64,000 nucleotides of DNA, taken from sequence record PV340856.1; one strand, given 5' to 3'. The notes beneath the pieces were generated by a model. The model was not told the DNA's origin and made no database searches. It saw nothing but the letters and a program-made list of their open reading frames with translations. Within the stretch, counting starts at the first letter, position 1, and every line of letters starts with the position of its first letter. Made by a program: the position numbers and the translations under genes. Of the stretch, positions 35,904 through 44,478 are shown one piece after another.

Positions 35904-36536
35904 ATGTTTGAACTGAATGAATCTCGTAAAACAACAGTAAAAAAAGTCTACGATCATGCTAAAAATGAACTGGGACATGTATGGAGGTATGTAATTACTG
36001 TAGATGATTTTTATAAAAACCCAGATGAAGTGAGGGAGTTTGCTTTAAATTGTACCCCCAAAAAAGATAAAAAGTATACTGGCAATCTTATTGGGTCTAG
36101 AGTTGTTGAAGATGTAAATGGTTTTGATCAGAATTTAAGACAAGTTTTTGAAAAAGCATGTCAATTTGATTTTTGGAATCCAGAGTTCGATGAAACTTTT
36201 TGGAGAGACACAAAATTTATGGTAAATGTCACCACCTCAGATGATATTGAAACCAGATTTAATGAGAGAAAACACACTTATACATTCCATAAAGACTCCA
36301 CCAGTTATAAGTGGGCATCATTAATCTATCTCAATAAAGAAGAGGAGTGTGATGGTGGAACCAACTTTTATGCGTGGATGCCAGAAGATCCTTGCGCTAC
36401 ACCTAGATTGGAATATAGTATAGAAATGAAGTATAATAGAATGGTTTTATATGAGTGTGATCATATGCATGGAGCTGTCCTAAAAAAAGGTATGTTCAGT
36501 GATTTCCCGAGACTAACACAAGTGTTATTCATGTAA
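35904..36536 (+). CDS. 2OG-Fe(II) oxygenase-like protein (DUF6445-like), copy A
   Basis: GGAGG RBS before ATG 35904; VDDFYKNPDEVR, FHKDS (HxD), WASLIYLN, GGTNFY, MKYNRMVLY, HMHG, distal Arg. Confidence 0.7.
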   Translation: MFELNESRKTTVKKVYDHAKNELGHVWRYVITVDDFYKNPDEVREFALNCTPKKDKKYTGNLIGSRVVEDVNGFDQNLRQVFEKACQFDFWNPEFDETFWRDTKFMVNVTTSDDIETRFNERKHTYTFHKDSTSYKWASLIYLNKEEECDGGTNFYAWMPEDPCATPRLEYSIEMKYNRMVLYECDHMHGAVLKKGMFSDFPRLTQVLFM

Positions 36537-36545
36537 TTTTGGTGT

Positions 36546-36553
36546 ACTAAATA
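36546..36553 (+). promoter_or_regulatory. Probable late promoter ACTAAATA heading the modification-enzyme operon
   Basis: Same ACTAAATA variant precedes gp8 and gp19. Confidence 0.6.
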
Positions 36554-36596
36554 AATCAGAATAGATCATTCTTTATCATCCCGTTTGGAGTTGTAT

Positions 36597-37751
36597 ATGA
36601 GACCCAAGGCATTTTTTATTAATGGAGGAGCTGGCAGAGTACTTTGCTCCATCCCTGCATTTGAAAAATATGCAGAAGAACATGATGATTTTATCATTGT
36701 TGCTGAAGGAGGCACTGACTTTTTTAAGGGTCATCCCACCTTAGATGGTAAAGTCTATGATGTTTGGCACAAGAATTTGTTCCAAGAACATCTGAAACAC
36801 AGAGATTGTGTTTCTCCAGAACCATACAGAATGTGGCATTACTACAACCAGAAGTGTAGTTTGACACAGGCTTTTGATATGGAAATCAACGGTCTAGAAG
36901 AACCTAGAGAACTTCCCAAACCAACTCTCAACCTCACTAAGATGGAGGTTATTGCTGGTTACAATATGGTTCAGGAAGTAAAAGCAGTAACTGGTAAAGA
37001 TAAAGTAGTTGTTATCCAACCCTTCGGTAGAGGTGTCGAACAAGTAGGTGACTTTATTGCAGACGCTTCTTCTAGAAGCATGTCTCTAGTAAACACTGTA
37101 GACATTATCAATGACCTTAAAAAGGATTATGGTGTCATTGTCATGTCCGAAATTCAATTCCCTGTAGAAGAAAACGAAGATAAGTCTAAGTATAAAATTG
37201 CAAGACCCCAGATTGAAGACATTCGAGTTTGGGCATCTGTAATTGATGTTGCAGACCACTTCCTAGGTGTGGATAGTATTGGTCAACATATCTGTAAGGC
37301 TTTAGATAAAAAGGCAACCGTTGTAATCGGATCCACATATCCAGTCAATATTTCTTATCCAGAAGATAAGAACTTTGATATCATTGATATTGGTTTGGAT
37401 AAGAGAAAATATTCTCCCATTAGATTGACAATGGATGAAGCTGTTGATCGTTATAATGATCAATCAATGGAAATGTCTAAAGATGATATTAGTAAAGTTC
37501 TAAGTTCTGTTAGAAAAGCTATGGGCAAACCCGCTACTTTTAAGGGAACTTACACTCCTGTTCAACAACAGCAAGATTGTCCTACATGCCCACCAGGAAC
37601 TAAGACAACTCCCGCCGTTGCACCAGGAAGCGCTGCAATGATGCCGCAACAACAATGGAATCAACCACCAGTTATCGCGGAGAAACCCAAAAAACCAAAA
37701 GTAGGATTCAAACAGGAAGTAAAGAATCTCTTAAAGACTGAAACTAAGTGA
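36597..37751 (+). CDS. GT9-family (heptosyltransferase-like) glycosyltransferase
   Basis: N-terminal GGAGRVLCSIPAF...FFKGHPTLD and C-terminal VVVIQPFG...ASVIDVADHFLGVDSIGQHICKALDKKATVVIGST match GT9 motifs; GGAG RBS before ATG 36597. Confidence 0.7.
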   Translation: MRPKAFFINGGAGRVLCSIPAFEKYAEEHDDFIIVAEGGTDFFKGHPTLDGKVYDVWHKNLFQEHLKHRDCVSPEPYRMWHYYNQKCSLTQAFDMEINGLEEPRELPKPTLNLTKMEVIAGYNMVQEVKAVTGKDKVVVIQPFGRGVEQVGDFIADASSRSMSLVNTVDIINDLKKDYGVIVMSEIQFPVEENEDKSKYKIARPQIEDIRVWASVIDVADHFLGVDSIGQHICKALDKKATVVIGSTYPVNISYPEDKNFDIIDIGLDKRKYSPIRLTMDEAVDRYNDQSMEMSKDDISKVLSSVRKAMGKPATFKGTYTPVQQQQDCPTCPPGTKTTPAVAPGSAAMMPQQQWNQPPVIAEKPKKPKVGFKQEVKNLLKTETK

Positions 37752-37760
37752 GGTATTTAA

Positions 37761-39557
37761 ATGTCACAATGGATTGCGGCTATTGCCCGAGGACATAACT
37801 CGGGTCTTTGTCTCCTGAAAGATGGAGAAATTGTATTATCGATTGAGGAAGAAAGACTTTCTAGGAACAAGTATGATGGTGGTCCATATGCTTGTATGAC
37901 CAGAATCCTGGATTTTACTGACAAACTAGACTATCTTGTTATTGCACATACCCAACCACTAAGTGAGGCTGGTCATTGTGATTTTAGTGGAGATCCAATC
38001 TATGTTGCATTAGCAAGAAAGTTGGGGTTGATTGATAGACATGCAAACCCACATGAACATCCACAAGTTATTGACCTAAGTTCTACTCATCATAAACTTC
38101 ATGCAGCATGTGCATTTTATAGATCAGGTTTTGATCGCGCTGCTGCAGTTGTTGTTGATGGTGCAGGCACTTTTATTCCCATGAATATTAATGGGGAAAA
38201 TGAAATGACATGGGAACTAGAGTCCATGTTTAATTGTGAGTATCCATCCGAATTTAAAACTGTCTACAAGCACCAAGGTGGAAGAGGTCCATGGGGATCT
38301 ATTAGATTTGAAGAGTTTAGTAGTGAGAGAGAAGGTGAAGAAGGCACTCATGAGATGATTCTTGATGAGAGCGCTGGCATTACCAAAGCGTATGAAGCGG
38401 TAACTCAATATTGTGGTTGGGCACCTATCGAAGCTGGTAAGACTATGGGTTTATTCCCATATGGAAAACCCAACGATCATATTCCAGATGTATATACCGA
38501 TTATAATGGTACTGCAACATGGAAAACATCTAATAGGGACCTTATTGTACCAACCTATCCTAACGGTGCCGTAGTCAACCAGGGGCGGTTTAAGTTCCTT
38601 CAGACTGACTATGACTATGAAGGAGATAAGACCCTCTTAGAGAACCGTAGAGACATGGCATACGCCATTCAAGTAGAGTCTCAGCAAATGGTTTTGGATC
38701 TTATTCGTAAAGTTGTAGATATGACTGGTCAAACTAATGTTGTATTGACTGGTGGATATGCATTAAATTGTGTTGCTAACTATTGGTATCTTGAACAACT
38801 CAAAGATGAAGGTATTAACTTATTCGTAGAACCAGTAAGTAATGATGCTGGTACTGCAATTGGAGCAGCACTCCTTCAATATCATAGAGTAACGAAAGAT
38901 GCACAAGTCCGTGAACCACTAAAAACCCTTTATACTGGATTTGAATACATGTATGCAACCGATGAAATTGTAGATACTGCAGATAAGTATGAGTCTACGA
39001 GAGTCTTTGAAGCTACAAACAAAGATGTAATTGATCTAATTACCAACAAAAATATTGTTGCTGTTTTCCAAGGTAGATCTGAAGCTGGTCCTAGAGCACT
39101 GGGCAATCGTTCTATTCTATATGATCCTCGCGATCCTGATGGAAAAGACTTTGTTAATAAGGTAAAACGTCGTGAATATTTCCGACCATTCGCTGGGTCA
39201 ATTCTAAAAGAACATGTTCATGAATGGTTTGATCTTCGTGGCATGGATGAAACTCCATTTATGATGTATGCTGTTAAGTGTAAGGAGGGTATTGAGGAAA
39301 AAATTCCTGCAATTATTCACGTTGATGGAACTTGTAGAATCCAAACAGTCACTGAAGAACAGAACAAAAATTATCATGATCTGATTAGAGAGTTCTATGA
39401 ATCTACTGGTTGTCCTATTGTCTTCAACACTTCTTTTAATCTGGGTGGCGAGCCTCTCGTTGAAACACTTGATGACGCTTGCAGAACCCTCGCTAACTCT
39501 GATATTGAATACCTGTACTTGCCCGAATATGGTTTGATGATTGAGGTTAAAAACTAA
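37761..39557 (+). CDS. O-carbamoyltransferase (NodU/CmcH/TobZ family), full length
   Basis: GHNSG.CLLKDGEIV.SIEEERLSRNKYD, HHKLHA, GKTMGLFPYG, GGYALNCVAN, DAGTAIGAA, GRSEAGPRALGNRSIL, KRREYFRPFA, HVDGTCRIQTV, NTSFNLGGEPLV. Confidence 0.93.
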   Translation: MSQWIAAIARGHNSGLCLLKDGEIVLSIEEERLSRNKYDGGPYACMTRILDFTDKLDYLVIAHTQPLSEAGHCDFSGDPIYVALARKLGLIDRHANPHEHPQVIDLSSTHHKLHAACAFYRSGFDRAAAVVVDGAGTFIPMNINGENEMTWELESMFNCEYPSEFKTVYKHQGGRGPWGSIRFEEFSSEREGEEGTHEMILDESAGITKAYEAVTQYCGWAPIEAGKTMGLFPYGKPNDHIPDVYTDYNGTATWKTSNRDLIVPTYPNGAVVNQGRFKFLQTDYDYEGDKTLLENRRDMAYAIQVESQQMVLDLIRKVVDMTGQTNVVLTGGYALNCVANYWYLEQLKDEGINLFVEPVSNDAGTAIGAALLQYHRVTKDAQVREPLKTLYTGFEYMYATDEIVDTADKYESTRVFEATNKDVIDLITNKNIVAVFQGRSEAGPRALGNRSILYDPRDPDGKDFVNKVKRREYFRPFAGSILKEHVHEWFDLRGMDETPFMMYAVKCKEGIEEKIPAIIHVDGTCRIQTVTEEQNKNYHDLIREFYESTGCPIVFNTSFNLGGEPLVETLDDACRTLANSDIEYLYLPEYGLMIEVKN

Positions 39558-39964
39558 TGAAGACAGTTTTTGTTAATGGTACATTTGATATCCTTCATCC
39601 AGGACACATTGAATTATTTCGAGTAGCAAAGTCTCTTGGTGATCGTGTAGTCGTCGCTACTGATAGTGATGCTAAGATCAAAAAAGACAAGGGACCAACT
39701 AAACCGATTAATGATTTGTGTTATCGAGTATCAATGCTTAAGTCAATTAAGTATATTGATGTTGTTCATTATTTCCATGACAGATCTGGTTTGGAGAGTT
39801 TAATTAGGCTCTATAGACCAGATATTCTCCTTTTGGGGGGTGATTGGGAAGGCGGAGATGTTGTCGGTAAAGATCTTGCCAAAGAAGTTAGATTTCTTCC
39901 AAGAGTAGGAGACTACTCATCTAGTGCTGTTATTAATAAAATTCTAACAAATCATTCAACCTGA
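39557..39964 (+). CDS. hldC: Cytidylyltransferase-family nucleotidyltransferase (HldE domain II / HldC-like)
   Basis: GTFDILHPGH (HIGH-type motif), KDKGPTKPIN...RVSML..IKYIDVV, GGDW, YSSSAVINKI; adjacent to an HldE-type kinase. Confidence 0.8.
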   Translation: MKTVFVNGTFDILHPGHIELFRVAKSLGDRVVVATDSDAKIKKDKGPTKPINDLCYRVSMLKSIKYIDVVHYFHDRSGLESLIRLYRPDILLLGGDWEGGDVVGKDLAKEVRFLPRVGDYSSSAVINKILTNHST

Positions 39965-40749
39965 TGAATTATAATATATTAGTTATTGGCGACTCCTGTG
40001 AAGATGAATATATCTATGGAGATTGTTCTAGATTAAATCCAGAGGGACCCATTCCCGTTCTTGATAAAACTTCTACAGAAGTCAAGGCAGGAATGGCAGC
40101 AAATGTTAATGCAAACTTGAAGTCACTTGGAATTAAAACTAATCTAATTACTCAAAAAGAGACAATCAAAAAAACAAGATTTGTTGATAGAAAGAGTAAT
40201 TATCAATTACTTAGAGTTGATTCTACACCTGAGGTGACTCCTTTAAGCGCTCCTCAGGTCAAGATGGCATTCATGCACAGTCGATATGATGCATTAGTAA
40301 TATCCGATTATAATAAGGGGTTTCTTACAATCCAATCAATGCAGACTATTTGTACGTATTTTAGGGGTCCTATTTTCATTGACACTAAAAAGACTAAGTT
40401 ATTCCAACAATCTAATGTTTTTTACAAAATAAACAAGAAGGAATATGATCTACTTGATAGGGAATATATGCCCAGTGATACTAATCTAATCGTCACTTTG
40501 GGAGCAAACGGATGCAAATGGAGTGGTATCCATTTTCAACCAAGAACTGTCAATGTATTTGACGTATGCGGAGCTGGTGATACCTTTCTCGCGGCATTAG
40601 TTTCTGAGTTTCTTGTTACAAAAGATATGCAAAGGTCTATTGATCTTGCAAATAGAGCAGCTTCTATCTCTGTAGAAAACCCAGGAACATATCAACTAAC
40701 TAGATCTGATATTGAGAGGATTTATAATGAGCGAATTCAAACAACCTAA
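39964..40749 (+). CDS. hldA: PfkB-family heptose-7-phosphate kinase (HldE domain I / HldA-like)
   Basis: ILVIGDSCEDEYIYGDCSRLNPEGPIPV, GMAANV, QLLRVD, ISDYNKG, VFDVCGAGDTF, ANRAASISV parallel the E. coli HldE kinase domain. Confidence 0.85.
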   Translation: MNYNILVIGDSCEDEYIYGDCSRLNPEGPIPVLDKTSTEVKAGMAANVNANLKSLGIKTNLITQKETIKKTRFVDRKSNYQLLRVDSTPEVTPLSAPQVKMAFMHSRYDALVISDYNKGFLTIQSMQTICTYFRGPIFIDTKKTKLFQQSNVFYKINKKEYDLLDREYMPSDTNLIVTLGANGCKWSGIHFQPRTVNVFDVCGAGDTFLAALVSEFLVTKDMQRSIDLANRAASISVENPGTYQLTRSDIERIYNERIQTT

Positions 40750-41272
40750 TCCAATATTTTGGATGCCTTTCTTTATCGAACCAATCGATGTCGATAAATT
40801 AGAATTTAAAGAGGAACCAAACTATAAACCAACGTTTATTTCAAGAACTCCAACTACAATGGAGGAGGATTGTCTCACTGATGAATCATACAATTATCTT
40901 GGTAGATTGATTTGGGAATGTATTGGTCAATATACAGAAAAACCTTTTTTCATTGGTTCTGTTTGGCGTAATAAGTATGGAAAGACTGATTGGCAAGATC
41001 CACATATTCATTCTGGAGCTCAATGGAGTTTTGTAATTTACGTGGATGTTGAAGAGTCCAAGACAGTTTTTCTTTCTCCAAGCAGACACGATCAGATGAA
41101 TCAATGGGGATATTTGGGTAACGCATTTCCTATTGATTATTCACCTAAAGTTTCTCCTGGAAATATTATAATTTTCCCATCATTCATCGAACACTTTGTT
41201 CCCCCTGGAAATGAAGGTATAACTATATCAGGTAACATTTATTATGATCAACCCCCTGGAGGACCATGTTAA
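40727..41272 (+). CDS. Putative 2OG-Fe(II) oxygenase (TIGR02466-like)
   Basis: QDPHIHSGAQWSFVIYV...PGNIIIFPSFIEHFV...ITISGNI; start reassigned to ATG 40727. Confidence 0.7.
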   Translation: MSEFKQPNPIFWMPFFIEPIDVDKLEFKEEPNYKPTFISRTPTTMEEDCLTDESYNYLGRLIWECIGQYTEKPFFIGSVWRNKYGKTDWQDPHIHSGAQWSFVIYVDVEESKTVFLSPSRHDQMNQWGYLGNAFPIDYSPKVSPGNIIIFPSFIEHFVPPGNEGITISGNIYYDQPPGGPC

Positions 41273-42423
41273 AAAAACAAGTAGGGTTTAATCTGACACA
41301 TGATTCATCGGTATCAGTTTTAGATGAAGATGGTGACATAGAGCTTTTTGTAGAAGAAGAAAGATTAAGCAGAATTAAACATGATAGCATTCCATTCAAA
41401 GCATGTGATCTTGTTCTTGGTGGACTTACTTTGCAAGAGATTGAAAAATATGAACTGGGTGCAGGTGGATTAATATACAGAGATGAATATGGAGCAACAA
41501 AATTAAATACTTATTATGACCCACTGATTATTAATACTGTTAAATCATTAAAAACTGCCGTACAGGATCGCTCCATTGAAAACTATGAACTAATAAAGAA
41601 AAAATTTGATATATTTTATGAGCATCACTTATTTCATGCTTATTGTGGATTCTATAATTCTGGATTTGATGATGCAGTTACAGTTGTAGTTGATGGTATG
41701 GGAAATTCTGTAATTGATAATACGGGGTCTTTCAACGAAGATACAAATGAGGTTGCTTCAATATTCGATGCATCTTATCCAAAGAATATGAATTATTTGG
41801 GAGGAATGGCTACACATTCTACTCATAGTCCTTGGGAGAGTCAAAATACAAACCATGATGGTAATTGGACATGTGGAATTGGCATGGCATATTCTGCAGT
41901 ATCTGCTTACATGGGTTTTGGACAACTTGGATCTGGAAAACTAATGGGTCTTGCTCCGTATGGTAAAGAAGATCCAAATATTAGACCTTTTCTTCTTGAC
42001 AATGGATTTCATGTAAATTCATCTCTTTTTTATAGGACCATAAATGGATGTAATTTTGTTCCATATGATTATTTGCCTCGATGTGGAGATGGAGAATCTT
42101 TCGATATTGAAAATAATTTTGAAAAATTAGCTAATCTTGCTTGGAGGATTCAAGAAGATTTTCAGAAACACATGTTGAAAATTTTATTGGATGCTCTTAA
42201 AATGACAGGACGTAAAAATATTATTTTAACTGGTGGATGTGCTTTAAATTGTGCTGCAAATTACTGGTATTTGGATAAGTTGCCAAAAGATGTTAAACTA
42301 TATGTGGAGCCCATCAGTACTGATGCTGGAACTAGTCTTGGGATAGCCAAGGCTCAACATTATTCCAAAACTGGTTCCATGAAGAAACACCCACTTAAAA
42401 CCTTATACTTAGGACCCGAATGA
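41266..42423 (+). CDS. Carbamoyltransferase, N-terminal (Kae1-like) domain only
   Basis: THDSSVSV...EEERLSRIKHD, HHLFHA, GKLMGLAPYG, GGCALNCAAN, DAGTSLG; ends KTLYLGPE at the interdomain linker. Confidence 0.85.
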   Translation: MLKKQVGFNLTHDSSVSVLDEDGDIELFVEEERLSRIKHDSIPFKACDLVLGGLTLQEIEKYELGAGGLIYRDEYGATKLNTYYDPLIINTVKSLKTAVQDRSIENYELIKKKFDIFYEHHLFHAYCGFYNSGFDDAVTVVVDGMGNSVIDNTGSFNEDTNEVASIFDASYPKNMNYLGGMATHSTHSPWESQNTNHDGNWTCGIGMAYSAVSAYMGFGQLGSGKLMGLAPYGKEDPNIRPFLLDNGFHVNSSLFYRTINGCNFVPYDYLPRCGDGESFDIENNFEKLANLAWRIQEDFQKHMLKILLDALKMTGRKNIILTGGCALNCAANYWYLDKLPKDVKLYVEPISTDAGTSLGIAKAQHYSKTGSMKKHPLKTLYLGPE

Positions 42424-42746
42424 GATATAACGTGGATATAGACGGCACTATCTGTATTCCTGGAAAGGGAGAAGGTAGATATACTGAAGCTGTACCTATC
42501 CCAGAAAGGATCGCTAAAATAAATGATCTATATATTAAAGGACATCAAATAATCTACCATACTGCTAGAGGTATGGGTACATTTGATAATGATAGAGAAA
42601 AGGCTAAAGAAAAGTATTATGACTTCACCCTAAAACAGCTTCGCAGTTGGGGGTGTATGTTCCACGATCTTTTCCTAGGGAAACCTGCCGCCGACTATTA
42701 CATTGACGACAAAGGAGTAAACTCTGATGATTTCTTCAAGACCTAG
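42420..42746 (+). CDS. HAD-family phosphatase (EcbF/BcbF capsule-biosynthesis type)
   Basis: VDIDGT motif I, HTARG motif II, GKP..DYYIDDK motifs III/IV. Confidence 0.8.
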   Translation: MRYNVDIDGTICIPGKGEGRYTEAVPIPERIAKINDLYIKGHQIIYHTARGMGTFDNDREKAKEKYYDFTLKQLRSWGCMFHDLFLGKPAADYYIDDKGVNSDDFFKT

Positions 42747-43101
42747 AGCAGGGGAACCGATCAAATTCGTATCCAAAGGATGGGGATATGAAAAATGGAT
42801 CGTTAACTCCGAACAATATTGTGGTAAACTCCTTTTCATTGCAAAAGGAAAACAATGTTCTTGGCACTTTCATAAAAAGAAAGACGAAGTTTTCTACGTC
42901 CAAAGTGGAAAAATTAAAATCTACTATGGATGGGACGACAATATTGAGATGGCTAGTGTATCTGTCTTGGAACCAGGAGATAAGTTTCATGTTCCTATTG
43001 GAATGAAACATAGAATGTATGGTCTTTCAGATACTGAACTATTTGAGTTTAGTACAGAACACTTTGATGAAGACAGTAATAGAATTCAACCTGGGGATTG
43101 A
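42727..43101 (+). CDS. Cupin sugar(-phosphate) isomerase-like protein
   Basis: KGWGYEKWI...CSWHFHKKKDEVFYVQSG...PGDKFHVPIGMKHR: cupin HxH..E..H metal site of mannose-6-phosphate/D-lyxose isomerase-like proteins. Confidence 0.75.
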   Translation: MISSRPRAGEPIKFVSKGWGYEKWIVNSEQYCGKLLFIAKGKQCSWHFHKKKDEVFYVQSGKIKIYYGWDDNIEMASVSVLEPGDKFHVPIGMKHRMYGLSDTELFEFSTEHFDEDSNRIQPGD

Positions 43102-43706
43102 TGAAAGCAGAAAAGATAACTGACCTGATTGTGGTTTTGAAAAATCACATTCCAGATGATACCTGTGATGAAATACTAGAATGGTTTGAATTAAATAAAC
43201 ATCTACAAACAGATGGATGTGTTTATAGCACAGAAGGAGATCAAGATAAAGGTGCCAAAGTTGACAAAGATTTTAAGAATGCTATTCAAACTCTAGTTCC
43301 TCCAGGAGCATCTATCTCAGACAAAATGACAGAGATCACCATGTCTGCCTTCAGAGAAGCTGGTTCTAGATATCCAGTTCCAGAAAATAGTATGACCTTA
43401 AATGATTATTGCGTTAGAGTATATCCCAAAGACGAAGGGATATTTAAGACTCATGTGGATCAACACGCATTTGGAACCGTAAGTAGATTATTTGCTTGCA
43501 TTATGTATCTTAATGATGTTGAGATTGGTGGGGAAACTGAATTTCCAGACTGGAACATAGCAGTAAAACCAGAGAAAGGAAAAGTTTTATTGTTCCCATG
43601 CAATTATCTTTTCAAACATAAAGGCAATGTTCCTATCTCAAACGAAAAATATATTGCTACAAACTTCATTAACTTTATGATGCAAGATATTCCTCTAGTG
43701 TCTTGA
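43101..43706 (+). CDS. Prolyl-4-hydroxylase-like 2OG-Fe(II) oxygenase
   Basis: KTHVDQ (HxD), RLFACIMYLNDVEIGGETEF, VKPEKGKVLLFP, HKGNVPISNEKY; TGATG overlap with the cupin stop. Confidence 0.85.
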   Translation: MKAEKITDLIVVLKNHIPDDTCDEILEWFELNKHLQTDGCVYSTEGDQDKGAKVDKDFKNAIQTLVPPGASISDKMTEITMSAFREAGSRYPVPENSMTLNDYCVRVYPKDEGIFKTHVDQHAFGTVSRLFACIMYLNDVEIGGETEFPDWNIAVKPEKGKVLLFPCNYLFKHKGNVPISNEKYIATNFINFMMQDIPLVS

Positions 43707-44478
43707 GTCTATAATTCAACCATTCCATATCTGCACAGGTGTAGTCTTGATACTTACCTTTCAGATGATCAGGGAAAGGAATCATTTCGATTTCTCCCCC
43801 TTCTTTTTTAGCAATTAACTCTGCAACTCTCTGGAATGACATTGGTTTACCAGTTCCGATGTCATAGATTCCACTAGGAGCATCATTATTCATGACAATA
43901 TTGACTATATCATCTACACATACAAAGTCTCGATAAAACTTATCGGATCCTTCAAATAATTTTAGTTTTCCTGTCTCTTTAATCTGTTTAGTAAACTTTG
44001 AAACGGGACTTGCTTGATCTCCCTTATGGTCTTCACCAGTTCCATATACATTAAAATATCTAAATCCTTGGATACTCTCAAACCGATCTAGATTGTCCAA
44101 TACGTAATAATCTATGATTAGTTTTGAAATTGCATATTGATTTAAGGGATTTATTTTTCTACATTCTTTTGTTTGATTGCCATACACAGATGCTGAAGAC
44201 GCATACTTAATAGGAATCTTGTGTTCTATCGCATGAGAGAAGAGATGAGCAGTAAAGGTTTGGTTGTAGTGGGAGATCTTCATCCAGTTTTTTTCTGTAG
44301 TGGATGAGATTGCTCCATTATGAATGATTAGATCTACATTTTCCCAACCATTGAATTTAGCCATGAAATCCCATGCATTATCCATATCAATACCGATAAC
44401 GTCACGTTCTGCTTCATTCTCTAGGTATTTTAGGAAGTGAGATCCAATGAATCCCTTATATCCAGTAATTAAAATCAT
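43675..44478 (-). CDS. hldD: ADP-L-glycero-D-manno-heptose 6-epimerase
   Basis: ITGYKGFIG, HNGAISSTTE, YASSASVYG, PLNQYAISK, GFRYFNVYG, HKG, LFEGS..FYRDFV, YDIGTG, IPFPDHLKGKYQ closely parallel E. coli HldD. Confidence 0.9.
   Translation of the reverse strand: MILITGYKGFIGSHFLKYLENEAERDVIGIDMDNAWDFMAKFNGWENVDLIIHNGAISSTTEKNWMKISHYNQTFTAHLFSHAIEHKIPIKYASSASVYGNQTKECRKINPLNQYAISKLIIDYYVLDNLDRFESIQGFRYFNVYGTGEDHKGDQASPVSKFTKQIKETGKLKLFEGSDKFYRDFVCVDDIVNIVMNNDAPSGIYDIGTGKPMSFQRVAELIAKKEGGEIEMIPFPDHLKGKYQDYTCADMEWLNYRLKTLEEYLAS

Noticed and set aside
41266-42423. Truncated carbamoyltransferase as a frameshifted pseudogene
   Set aside because: Catalytic motifs are intact, the stop is at the domain boundary and coupled to the next gene, and no C-domain remnant follows.
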